A stretch of 64,000 nt of DNA from the human T2T-CHM13v2.0 reference genome, Homo sapiens: the NCBI RefSeq assembly GCF_009914755.1, contig NC_060925.1. One strand, given 5' to 3'. Made by a program: the position numbers and the translations under genes. This document shows positions 27,361-42,551 of the stretch, piece by piece. Below the pieces are notes generated by a model that saw only the letters and a program-made list of their open reading frames with translations, was not told where the DNA came from and did no database searches. How positions within the stretch are numbered: the stretch's first letter is position 1; every line of letters starts with the position of its first letter.

Positions 27361-28513
27361 GAAATAACTTGACTTTCCATTTGGAAAGTGTCTTGCTAAA
27401 TCCTTGCTGTTAGAGTTCAGGAGTTGGGATAGGATTTCCTATACTGCCACTTTGGTTTGTCATGTTGTAAGCAGGGTTAAAGGCAAATTTTTAAAAATAT
27501 GAGACAGGGCTGAACTGGCTTTCTGTCTAGAAATTCTAGATTAAAATAAGGGTCTGTCTAGGAGCGGGGAGCCAGCTGGCTATTTAGGAGGCTTGGAGGT
27601 TAAAGCGAAGTCTAAATGGAGTAAGAGACACTATTCCAAGGGGTCCCCTGGTCACACAGAAAATACAGGGGCAGCATTCAGACTACCCAGGAGTCTGCAG
27701 GACTTGGTATGAAAGAGCAAAAAGAAAAAAATATATAGACAACCTAGGAGGTCTGAGGACTCACAGACACTGACTGGCTGGGGTGGGACTGGCAGGAGCT
27801 GCTGGGAAGGCTGGGGCAGCTTCTCAGTGGTCCTGGCAGTAAATACTATCCAGGAAAAGTGTGCCTTGCAGTGAGAGAGCTGCTGGGAAAACGGCCTGGA
27901 CAATCAGACTGCAGTGCTGTGAGCTAGATTGCCCTTCCCCTAGCCAAGAGGTGTCTCCCACCACCCTTCCCCTAAGCAGCATAAGAGTGAAACGGGGTGG
28001 ACAGCTAATGCCCACTGACCTCCTGCTATGGACCACAGGCACTCTCCTGCGAAATGCTTGTGAGGTTGGTGACATCAACATTACACTAATGACAAAACTG
28101 AGCCTGAGAACTGCAACTCACCTGCAATGGTACACCTGACAGCAGAACCAGAACTTTCACTGAAGGCTTACCTCTCCAGGGCCAAAAGAGAACCTGTGAC
28201 CCCACAGGATCGAGCCTGCCCCCTCAATGCCTGTCAGAGGCAGCCTGGTGGGTGCAGAATGTGATAGCAAGTTGCTGTTGGCACGGCCTGCTCTTCTGAC
28301 AGCTCTGCAGGTTATTTCTCACAACTTTGCTGCCAGCTTCTCCCTGCCTGTCGCTGACCCCTGTCCCAGAGCCACCTCCATCTGGAAACACCCACCCCCC
28401 AACTCTAAAGTTGTAACCATACATACTTAAGCTAGAAAATTTAAAAGGACAAAGCAGAAAGGAATTAAGAAAAAAATGGAGTAACCTATTATTTTACAGA
28501 GAAATAATTTTAA

Positions 28514-28843
<330 letters not shown>

Positions 28844-29951
28844 TAATTTTCTATGCATTTAGATGCAGATACTGTTTGCCTGTCTTTAAAATGGTGTTGC
28901 ACCAGACTAACTGTTTAGAGGTCCACTTCCCTGCTCAGCTGAGCACTGACACATGCAACCTGCCACCTGGGAGGATGGGCAGGCATTCCCGAAATGCCAT
29001 CATGGCTGCTGCTAACCATCCCGGGATTGCAGGCAAGTGCGGCTGATGCAGAAGGACGTTGGGGAATGCGGACATCAGGGGTTTGCAAACTTGTGTTTCT
29101 CCCTCCACTGCCCATCCTGCCAGCCTCAGAAGGTTAGCCATGGAGGGTGGGCCAATCCCAACATACTCAAAAATTTAAAATCCTGAAGGGTTAGCATTGG
29201 AAGGGATTTTAGAGGCTATCCAGCCCAATCCCCTCACTTGCAAATGAGGAAAGCAGAGCTGAGAGAGATTTAGCTTGTGCTGGGTTCTAACAGTGGCTCC
29301 TTGCCAACCTCAGGCTCCTCCTGGTCTACCGTCTGTGCCTGGACTCTGCTCCAGCACCCCCACCCACCCACCCACCTGCCCCACTTGGCAGAGGGCAGCA
29401 GCCAGAGAAGGCAGGCCCAGGTGGGGGACAAGAGTCTCAGGACTCACCTTTCAAATTTAAAGAATCTCTCGTTACCATCACCATAACTCTTAGCCCAACC
29501 ATTCCTCTTCAGATCCAAGGATATCTAAGTCTGACTGTGGAATTTTGTTGCGGAGGATTGGATACAGCTGTCAAATTCCAAAGGCATCCAGTACCCATGC
29601 TCTCCACAGAGCAGTCCCTTATTATACAAGCTCTGCACCAGCTGAGAACCATGTTCCAGTCTCATATTGCTCAGAATCTCCTCTGAGCTTCACATAACTC
29701 AGGCACAATCTCCCTGAATCATATGGCATAGGAAAGTCATGAGCAGTAAGACTTGGTTCAAGAAAAAATACCAAGTTCTGACCACTCAAAGTACCCTTAG
29801 GTGCTCTCATTCATGTGAGCTTTCCGTTTCCTGCTCTCCAGCCCCATTTCTTATTTGGGTTAGGGATCCCCTAGGGCTGCTCAGTGGTAGGGGGCCACTG
29901 AATTCAAAGCAGGCCACTGTACTCGAAGTAGATGGCTAGGAAAAAAAAAAG

Positions 29952-30244
29952 GGCCAGTCACAGTGGTTCATGCCTATAATCCCAGCACTTTGGGAGGCTG
30001 AGGCAGGCAGATCACTTGAGGTCAGGAGTTTGAGACCAGCCTGGCCAACATGGGGAAACCCTGTCTGTACTAAAAATATAAAAATTAACTGGGCATGGTG
30101 GTGCATGCCTGTAGTTCCAGCTACGCGGAGGCTGAGGCATGAGAATCACTTGAACCCAAGAGGCAGGGGGTGCAGTGAGCTGAGATCACCTCTGCACTCC
30201 AGCCTGAGTGACAGAGTGAGACTCCGTCAAAAAATAAAATAAAA
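29952..30244 (+). mobile_element. AluS (Sz/Sx-like)
   Basis: GGCC...ATCACTTGAGGTCAGGAGTTTGAGACC...(AAAAT)n tail. Confidence 0.95.
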
Positions 30245-30390
30245 TCCTTCCTTCCTTCCTCCTTCCCTTCCTCCTTCCCTTCCTCCTTCCCTTCCCCCTC
30301 CTCTTCCCCTTTCCCTTCCCCCTTCCCTTCCATTCCCTTCCTTTCCTTTCATTCCCTCCCTCCCTCCCTTCTTCCCTCCTTCCTTCCTAT
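30245..30390. repeat. (TTCC/TTCCC)n polypyrimidine tract
   Basis: Directly visible after the Alu tail. Confidence 0.93.
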
Positions 30391-30523
30391 TTCTGAGCAC
30401 TTCTTTCCCAGGCACAAGGTAAACGAGCTTTCAAATATAGCACACTGAATACCCATGATAATTCTATAAAATGGATCCTATTCTTCCCATTTTAAAGATG
30501 AAGACCCCAAGGCTCAGAGCAGT

Positions 30524-32014
<1,491 letters not shown>

Positions 32015-32393
32015 GAGGTGAAATAACTTTCCCAGCCAGGAAGTGGCAGACCCAGGACTAGAGAACTTGGTCCCTGACTTTGGGATCCCCTGAACTTCAC
32101 ACATTTGTGCCCAGTCATCCATAGGGCAGCCTGGGCTACAAGGGTCAGGGTGCTAGTGGAGAAGGTCAAAGGATGATGAATTTGTAAACTGGATACCATC
32201 ACTGCAGCCAGCACATGTGGCTTCTACCTCACCTGAGCAGACAGCAAGAGGTTTTCTGAAGACCTGAGTATGCAACTGACAAATCCCGACTCTGTTAAAA
32301 CCAAGTGCCCAGATTAAAGATAAATAGCCCCAAATCCCCAAACAATATAATTGAATCTGGTTTGATTCTTCTGGGTGTCACATTCCCTAAACT

Positions 32394-32919
<526 letters not shown>

Positions 32920-33234
32920 TAGCCCAGCTGATTTTAAACAGTCTTTACTAAGACATATCTAAGCCCTTCTTCTCAAGAAGAGTGTTTGCAGGTGAGTGTG
33001 GCCGATATGTGAGGAGAGAGGAGAAGGAGGAGAAAGGAAGGCCTATCCAGAGAGAAGAGAGGGACAGCCCAGCTGAGAAGGGGCCAAAGAGGGGGAAAAA
33101 GGAAATAGAACCTAAAGTGACTGAGGTGTGAGGCCTTGTAGAGAATAAGGGCATCATCAGATGTGAGCCAAGGAAATGATTCAGATCACACCTGACAGAA
33201 TAAGGAGGATAAATTAGCTCCAGAATCAGTTATC

Positions 33235-33843
33235 ACATACCTCATGTACCCCCCAACATACACACCATATACCTCACACCCCCCACACACATACCACACA
33301 CACACATGCCCCCCACACCACATACCTCACACATGCGCACCCCCACATACCTCATACACATACCAAACACACACACACCACATACCTCACACATATACCA
33401 CACACACATGCCCCCATACCACATACCTCACACACACACCACATACCTCACACACATACCCCACACACGTACACCATATACCTCACACACCACATGCCAC
33501 ATACACACACAAAGACCACACATGCCACACACACACACAAAGACCACACATGCCACACACACACCACATACCACATACACACACCACATACCTCACACGC
33601 TACACACACACACACACACCACACAACACATACACCACACACACCACACATACGCCACATACCTCACACACCAAACACACACAAGCACCACACACACACC
33701 CCCCACATACCTCACACATCACACACACCTCCATATACCTCACAAACACACATATCTCACACACACACACACCACATACACCACACACCCCACACCTCAC
33801 ACAGTCCCACCCCACATCCCCTGCTACACACAAACTCACACAC
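33235..33843. repeat. About 600 bp degenerate CA-rich repeat (recurring CACACCACATACCT units)
   Basis: Directly visible; the plus strand is nearly G-free. Confidence 0.95.
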
Positions 33844-34556
33844 TTTAAAGTGTGCTTTGCATTCCAAGTCTTTGCTGGGAAACCTTAGTTGCAGCTTTAC
33901 GTGGCTGGAATATCAAAAGGCAGGAGTTGTGGAGTCACTGACAATAACATCATCCACCTTCTCAATGTCCCCGACACTGCCACCTCATTACCCAAAAGCC
34001 ACTGCCATTCCAGACCTACGCAGAGTCTGAAGGGCAGCACCCCCTTCTCCTTGGGACTGGAGGGACACCTTGCCTCAACTCTCCTGCAGGGCCTGAGGTT
34101 AAACTCTCCTGTATTCCACCATCAAAGGACAGCATGGGGGACTCTAGCCCTTTTAATGGGCTGCCAAGAGCAAAAATTCACGCATTCTAGAGTATGAAAG
34201 CCCGGCAGGGTGGGCCTTCATTTCCCATATGTTAGTGTGTATCGATGGAGAGGGTAGGGAGCCCTGTGGGGAATGAGGGCACCCATTGTCCCCTGCAGAG
34301 CAGTTGTGGATGGAGCTCCTGTAGGAATAACGGACTCTGATTACCACGGTGACACTCCCAAGGTGATGGCTCTGGATAGGGTTTGCAGTCTCCTTTATAC
34401 TCATCACTCCCATCTAATCCTCACAAGAACCCTGCTCCCCACTTAATGAACAAAGAAGCAGGCCTAGAAAGGCAAGTGGCTTGCCCGGAATTAACAATAA
34501 TAGTTTAACCATAATAACATTGCCCCATCTGCTCACCATCCAATGAACAACTCAAG

Positions 34557-34810
34557 TGACAGCACAGTGGTTAAGAGAACAGATTCTGAAACAGATGTAC
34601 CTGGTTCAAATCCTGGCTCGGCCAATGACTAGCTTTGTGCCACTGGGCATGTGATTCAATTACCCTGTGCCTCAGTTTCCTTGTCTGTAAAATGGGGATG
34701 ATGATAGTCCCTACCTCATGGGTTGCTGTGTGGTTTAAATAAATTTTCACATGTAAATTACTTAGAACCAAGCCTGGAATGCTCAGTCAGCACTCCTTAA
34801 GTGCTGGCTG
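34557..34810 (+). mobile_element. MIR, near full length
   Basis: ACAGCACAGTGGTTAAGAGA...GTGCCTCAGTTTCCTTGTCTGTAAAATGGGG. Confidence 0.92.
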
Positions 34811-35034
34811 CTTTGGTGCAGGCTCTGAGCACAGAGACAACCAAACATAGCACCTGCCTCCAAGGTACTTACAGCCTAAAGGGAGAAACAGAAAAGTGAA
34901 CAAGAGCTAGGGTAGAAAAGATGCTCGGGGCACAAATGAGGGACCTGGAATCCAGGAAGGGCCTGATTCCTGGGCCAAGTGACAACTGGGTTGAGTTCTG
35001 AAGAGCCACAGTACAGGCACTGTGACAGCCCTTA

Positions 35035-35125
35035 TTTATGTTTTCCAGCTTTTATTGTAGATTCATGTGCAGGTTTGTTACCTGGGATTATTGTGTGATG
35101 CTGAGGTTTGGGAGATGAATGATCC
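35035..35125 (-). mobile_element. Short L1PA(old)/L1PB 3' end
   Basis: CATGTGCAGGTTTGTTACCTGGG...GTGTGATGCTGAGGTTTGGG...ATGAATGATCC. Confidence 0.75.
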
Positions 35126-35280
35126 ATGGCCCTTTTTATATAGTTTGTCATTTAATCCTTGGACCATTTTACAAATGAGGAGCCTGAGGCTCAGAGAAGT
35201 TAAGCAGCTTCCCCCGGAAAACCAACTTGGTAAGTGGTGGAGCTGGGATTCAAGCCCACATTTGTCTGATTCCAGAATCT
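35126..35280 (-). mobile_element. MIR
   Basis: CCATTTTACAAATGAGGAGCCTGAGGCTCAGAGAAGTTAAG...GGATTCAAGCCCA. Confidence 0.85.
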
Positions 35281-37405
35281 TACTCCAAGTCTGGGCAAGG
35301 CGTGGGCTGGCCAGGCAGCTGCCTGAAGGGCAATTGTCTATAACCCTGGGGTCAGGGGGATGAGAAATGTGAGGCCTGTTAACCCAGGTCTCTGGGCAAG
35401 CTTCCTTATATAACCTGCACATTGTCAACGCTCCACTCAGGCAGCTCTCCCATTCCTTACTACATAATTATTAGATAATGCATAAGGGAGAGGTTTGAAT
35501 GACTAGCCTGCCTGGGAGGCTGCCTCTCTACGGTCCTGCTTCCACCACACGGGAGCCCTGAAACGAGCAGGCCAGCTGGAGAGGTGGCCAACACATTCCT
35601 CACCCAGAGGCTCCGGGCTCCCCAGATGGCCACTGCCACCTGACCACACAGAGTCACTTTGCCAGAAGGACTGCCCTGCTTTAGGCCTGATCTGATCTTT
35701 TTCCAGGAAACTCGTCTGGTGTAAGATTTATGTGTCCAAACTTGCCAGCCTTCCCCTTTCACCCTGGACTAACAGGGACAAGAATTCTAATCAATGTGCA
35801 GGAACACAGAAAAAAAACAGGGAAACAGCAGGCAGGCCCAACCCCAAAAGCCCCAAACTTATTTCCCAATTTTGGGTTGCACATGTATTTCTACTCACAT
35901 AAGACAGTTTGCATCCAACTGGGGGGAATTTTGAGTTTCAATTAAACTTTGCTAAAATACAAAACTCATTTCCCCTTAACTGTGCTTCCTGACAATGAAG
36001 TGGTGGTGTCACGGGGCAGAAGGGCTGATGGTGTGGGTTACCACAGCAAGGTCCATGCTGCAAAGACGGGCTGCCCCTCCTGCTCTGGGAGTCAACGCTT
36101 CCTGGGTCCACCAGGCCCAGCATTTCCACAGGCTGTCATCGGTGTGTCCCCAGCACAGCACCTAGCTAGATCTCAGCAAATGATTTGAATGTGTGGGGCT
36201 CCCTCCAGGTAAGAAAGGAACCCCTGCTCACGGCACTCCCCAGAAGTCCTTGGTAACTCACTTTCTCTTTCTGTTCTGAACATCCATTCGGGCTGGTTTA
36301 AAGCACAGCTCGCTCAAGAGGCAGCCCTCCAGAGGAGATCGGGGTTAATTACGTTTACTGACAGCTGTCTTCTTTCTCCTACAGTCACTTCTTCCCATGT
36401 CCTGATTTCATTGCTTGTGAAAAGAGATGGCCTTCCAATGGGAAAAGGCAAGGAGTAAAACTCACGAGAGAAAGCGTCCTGGAGATTTTAAGGAGAAAGG
36501 CACATCGGTTCTGCCAGCACAAGAGCTGCCTGTTTCCCTATCAGATATCAACACTCATTTAGTGCAAGGGTGAATATCACCTTTCTATTGAAAAGAAATA
36601 GAGTACCCTAGGAAAATAGCTTGCATCAAAACAAGAGAAAAGTAGGTTCTGAACCAGAACTAAAATATTTGGACACCGAAGCTGTGACTACTGATGCAAA
36701 GCCATTAACCCATAAAAACAAACATTCAAACAAGACACTGCATAGCTCTCTTTAAATGAGTCCAAACACCAGAGCTTTATCTTAAAACAAATAAACAACA
36801 ACAACAAAAAATTCCTTTCCCCATCCCATCTCCACCCACCCACTAGGAGTAAAACATATTGCTAGCTCTGAGACTTTTCTAAGAACTTGGTCAGAGACAC
36901 TGAGCGGCTGGTCAATATATTTCTTACAAATGGGGCTTTGAGAGCGGAACTAGCAGCTGGGTGCCAAGAACACAGTGGCTCTGCTCACATCTCACATATG
37001 CCCAGACGCTCTGAACCACAGCCTACCACTGCTGCCACAGGTTCAAGTTCTGAAACCCAAAGAGAGCACAGAGAAGGCAGGAAGAGAAGAAAAAAAGACC
37101 CAGATGTTGCAAATCAGAATAAGTGCTGAGTGAGGCAGTATCATGACATGGCAACGATAAATGTTGAACGTTGGCTCTCCTCTTGTCAGCTGACCCCTCT
37201 GCTCTGGGACCCTTCACACTGTGACTCCAGTTAAATCAACCAGCTGTGCCTCCAAGAAAGGCAGCATGGGTCAGTGTGGCTGCCTGGACTCTGCTGCTGA
37301 CAGCTGCAGAGAGAAACTCAAACCAGCCACATAGCCTGGCCCACCTTATAGTCTGAACGTGCCCAGCCAAAAAGAAGAAAAGAAAACAGCTCAAAAAACA
37401 GCAAA

Positions 37406-37710
37406 GGCTGGGTACGGTGGCTCATGCCTGTAATCCCAGAACTTTGGGAGGTTGAGGCGAGCAGATTGCTTGAGCTCAGGAGTTCAAGACCAGCCAGGGC
37501 AACATGGTGAAACCCTATCTCTAAAAAAAAAAATGCAAAAATTAGCTAGGGGTGGTGGCACACATCTGTAGTCCCAGCTACTCGGGAGGCTGAGGCAGGA
37601 GGACAGCTAGTGCCCGCAAGGTTGAGGCTGTAGCGAGCCATGTTCGTGCAACTGCACTCTAGCGTGGGTGACAAAGCAAGATCTCGTCTCAAAAAAAAAA
37701 AAAAAAAAAA
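37406..37710 (+). mobile_element. AluJ (Jb-like)
   Basis: GATTGCTTGAGCTCAGGAGTTC, GGGCAACATGG, GAGGCTGTAG; A tail. Confidence 0.93.
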
Positions 37711-37933
37711 CAGAAAAGCAAAAAACCCACAGCTGAGAAGCCTCTGGCTCAAACCCACATACAGAAGCTTGTCGGCTGCTGTGTGTACACATACCAGCCA
37801 CCATGATCCTGGCCTTCTCTGACCATTGGTCTGTAAGGAAATAAGGTGATAAGTGGGAACTGGGCTCTGAACCCTGGAACTGAGAAGTCAGGCTGCTGCA
37901 AAACTCTCCAGGATATTAATCCCTCTCTCTGCC

Positions 37934-38160
37934 CAGTGGTTTTCAACTGGGGGCAGTTTAGCCCCCCTAGGGAACACTCATCAATGTCTGAAGACATTTT
38001 TGGTTGTCACATCTGGGGGTCAGGGGGTTGCTATCGCTACCTAGTGGGCCCTGGTAGAGGCCAGGTTTGCTACTATACCTCCTACAATGCCCAGGACAGC
38101 TCTCACAACAAGGAATCATCTGGCCCAAAATGTCAATGGTGCCAAGGCTGAGAAACCCTG
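37934..38160. mobile_element. MER20 hAT-Charlie element
   Basis: CAGTGGTTTTCAACTGGGGGC...GACATTTTTGGTTGTCACA...GGCTGAGAAACCCTG. Confidence 0.9.
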
Positions 38161-38257
38161 CTCTAGAGCCTAAGAGTGCTGGGCTCAAATTCTAACATCA
38201 CTGCTGACTAGCCCAGGGGCCTTTGTATAACTTACTTCACCTGTCAGAGCCTCAGGT

Positions 38258-38495
38258 TTATATATATGTGTGTGTGTATGTGTTTGTGTGTGTGTATATA
38301 GATATACATATATATTTATATTCATATATACATATTTTTATATATTATATATTTATATATTAAATATGCATATTTATATATAATACATTATATAACATAT
38401 AATATATATTATATATGAATATGAAAAAATTATATATTATATATTATATATGAATATGCATATATAATATTTATTTTTTATATATATATATATAA
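38258..38495. repeat. (TG)n then degenerate (TA)n tract
   Basis: Directly visible. Confidence 0.93.
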
Positions 38496-38687
<192 letters not shown>

Positions 38688-38694
38688 TATTTTA

Positions 38695-38930
38695 TATATT
38701 TAACAAAACTTATGTAGCAGTTTCTAAGTACCAGGCACTATTCAAAGCAGTTCATACATATTAACTCATTTAATCTTCCTAATCACCCTATGCTGTAGTG
38801 TTAACCTGACCTCCCCACTTTACAGATGAGAAAACTGAGGTGAAGGGAAATTAAGTAAATTGTCCAAGATGACCCAGCTAGTAAGAGGAGGACACAGGAT
38901 TCACATTCAGCAATCTGGAGCCACAACCTA
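38695..38930 (-). mobile_element. MIR
   Basis: CCAGGCACTATTC...TTTACAGATGAGAAAACTGAGG...TGTCCAAGATGACCCAGCTAGTAAG. Confidence 0.9.
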
Positions 38931-40629
38931 CACTCTTCCATTAGCTCACTCACAGGGCTGCCTTACAGATCAAAGTTTACATTTATTATCTACCTTAGTC
39001 TCTCCTATCAAGGTGTGCAGCAAATGTGGCTTCTCAACCTTCATTCCATGTTAACCTTATACTGTTTACATTACCCTTGAACACTGAGACCAAGGATCTC
39101 ACCACTTGCTTTTTCTATTTTCCTTCCATCACCCAGAATGGCAAACATTCAAACATTTCCACTCCCGAAACATGCAGCAACGCCAGAATGTTTATCCAGA
39201 AATTCAAAATGAGCTCTAGTGAGGCTGGCATGAATATACTCTAACACAATGTTTTCAAATATCGTGGCTCAACAACAATGACCAGTGCTAAGGTTGCTGC
39301 GAATGACATCTTAGGCCTGAAATTGCTCTCTGCTGTAACCCAGCACTGAAGGTGACTCTGGCCTTTGCATGCTGGCTTTGAAAGGTCCCAAGTCTGTCTA
39401 CTTGGAAATAAATTAAAATGTTGTCTATATTTAACAGATAACCAGGCCTTACTAAGCAATCTAAAACACATACTCTAGAAGCACGCTGCAAGAGCTCCCT
39501 TCCTGGCCACTTTGCAGAAGAGAAACTAACCTTGCGCAGCAAGTCAGGACCCTCCCCCACAACCACCCCCCAGAAAACACAACAGTCTCACAAGTTTTAG
39601 TATGGTCGCGTCTGTAAGCAAAAGTAAGGAAGTCATAAGATAAGCCCCACGCTGGAAAACTTGATCCTTTTATGAAAGGATGGACAGGCTCACTGATTCA
39701 GGTGAGAAAGAAGCCCAAGTCCTGAGAGGTGCAGCTGCTGAAGACCAGGGTGGCCCCAAGCAGGCTATGTGCAGGCTCCCCTGTCCTCTACCTCTCAGTG
39801 AAGGATGTCCAGGAGATCCCACTCCTTTCCCCATGAACCCAGTTCCCTTCCATCTGCCCACTTTGGTCTCCCTGCACATAAACTCATCTCCCCCTACACA
39901 CTCCACGTGGTCTGGCCCCAGCCTTCATTCCACCCATTTTAGTAGACTGCTTCCACAATGGGCTGTTCAGATCCAGGGGGTCCAATGTTCATATCAGGGC
40001 TTCAAATGACCTAACATTACCAGAGGCAAAGGTGCTTAGGTTAACCAAAAAGCAGGACCAGACTGTTGGCAACCCAGTGTGCTAATGCAGGCCACCCAGG
40101 CCAATCAGAAGTACTGACCAGAGAAAGGCACATTTCAGACTAAATAAATATTTATCTTTTTTGAAATTACTTAAAGATTGCAATTTGTTTAGAGGTGTAA
40201 CTGGACCCCCCGCAGGCCCAAGGGAAGGCTGTTCTAGCTAACGGTAAGGAGAGGAGTAGAAGGCAAGGTGGAGGAGGGCCTTCTGAGGCAGGAAGTGAGG
40301 CATCAGGACAGGGTGTGGCTGGGAACATCCCCCAGGAACACATCAAGTGACTGATAAACATTTATTTGCTTTATATTAGGAGAATGAGAACACGGCCTAT
40401 AGAAAACTGGGAGTGCTAAGGGCAAAGAAACGGCTTAAAGACAGAGAGACTATGTTTGAGCAAAGTGAGAAAGGCCATTCATTGGTACCCTCAGTTATTA
40501 AAATAATATATAATTCACCGCTAATCACGGCACTGCCCGGATGAATATTAATTGAATATTATATACAACATATTACACACTGAGTGACTCATAGTTACTT
40601 CTAATGAATATCAATATATTTTGACACAT

Positions 40630-40830
40630 TTAACAACGTGGAGTGGTGGAGGGGGTACTTCTAGAGCCAGGCTTCCTAGGTGCGATTCCCAGCTCTGCCA
40701 CTTACTAGCTCTGTGACATGTGGCGAATCCCTGGACCTTTCTATGCAGCAGTTTTCCACTCTGTAAAATGGGAATAAAAACAATGTCTACCACAAAGTAA
40801 AACTCTCAATACATAGTAGCTTTTGTTTTT
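40630..40830 (+). mobile_element. MIR
   Basis: CCCAGCTCTGCCACTTACTAGCTCTGTGAC...CTGTAAAATGGGAATAA. Confidence 0.88.
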
Positions 40831-40948
40831 TAAAAAGCTTCAGGATTCAAGTTGATGAGTGAAATGTATGGGCATCAACCAGATTATGAGCATTCCTCTT
40901 CTTCAGAAGTTAGTGCTGAATTATCTGGTCCTTCCTTAACCACTGTGA

Positions 40949-41441
<493 letters not shown>

Positions 41442-41558
41442 AAGGCATGCTTTTTAATGAACTCCAGTTCTCCTGTCTCAAAGAGGTCTATCACATGGTC
41501 TTTGGAAAGAAGTGGTCCCTGCTGTGACAGAGGATCCTGACAGCAGTCATGGAGCGCT

Positions 41559-42374
41559 CGTTAAAGAAAAAAATGATTCAATGGCGCTTGCTAACGAACT
41601 ATAGGGCAAGCTTTATTTAGGGAAACCACCAAGATTGGTGTAGGGACCACCACAGTGGTGTTTTGCAGTCAGGGAGAGAGATTGGGATCAACTCCAAATA
41701 CAAGGAAAAGTGGGAATGCATAGCCAACGAGAATGGTGAAGGTCAGTGGATGGAAAATTACTGCAGAAACATCAGAGGTAAGGGGGGATTCTGGCTAAAT
41801 TGGCCTAACAGGATTCTTGCTGAAGGCAGGCAGGTTGAACAGACATCACCTGGGGCACGGTAGAGGATGATGCTATGGTCTGAATGTTGGTGTCCCCCTA
41901 AAATTCTTATGTTGGAACCTAATACCAGTGTGATAGAATGAAGAGGTGGAGCCTATAGGAAGTGATGAGGTCATGAGGGCTGGGATTAGTGTCCTCATAA
42001 AAAAGGTTGAAGAAAGCGTCCCTACCCCTCCACCATCTGAGGACACGTAGAAGGCATCTTTTCTGAAGAACAGGCCCTCGTCAACACTGAATCTGCTGGT
42101 GCCTTGACCTTGGACTGCCCAGCCGCCAGAATAGTGAGCAGTACATAAATTACCCATTCTAAGGTATTTTGCTATAGCAGCAGGAACAGCGTAAGACAGA
42201 TGAGGAACCCAATCAGATATCAAGGGTGATCAGATATTGAGGATGGAGGATTCTGTCTAAACTGGATTCGTGCTACAGTTGGACAGAGACAAACACAGAA
42301 GCTCAAAAGTTGACCCCTAGTTGAAAAAAATCTCAGAAGAGCCTAACGTGTGGTCATGGAGAGAATCTTTGTCA
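41559..42374 (-). mobile_element. MER31/MER67-like solo LTR (ERV1) split by a MaLR LTR
   Basis: Reverse complement starts TGACAAAGATTCTCTCCATGACCA; other end GTTAAAGAAAAAAATGATTC. Confidence 0.75.
41871..42198 (+). mobile_element. MaLR solo LTR (MST/MLT1A group)
   Basis: TGCTATGGTCTGAATG...TAAGACA; 5-bp TSD GATGA at 41866-41870 and 42199-42203. Confidence 0.9.
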
Positions 42375-42496
42375 GGCCCCAGATCAAGGACAGCATGTGG
42401 TGGGTGAGATCCACACTCTTAGGGAGAGGAGATGCTTTGAATGACCTAATTCTTTATTGCTGGGAGAAGGAGGACCCAGGGTAGAAGGAAAGACCT

Positions 42497-42502
42497 GAGA
42501 GA

Positions 42503-42549
<47 letters not shown>
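42497..42549. repeat. (GA)n microsatellite
   Basis: About 26 units with one interruption. Confidence 0.95.

Positions 42550-42551
<2 letters not shown>

Noticed and set aside
33244-34030. His/Thr/Pro-rich ORFs of 214, 180 and 178 aa, and Val/Cys-rich antisense ORFs
   Set aside because: All three frames are open because the CA-rich repeat has almost no stop codons; low-complexity artefact.
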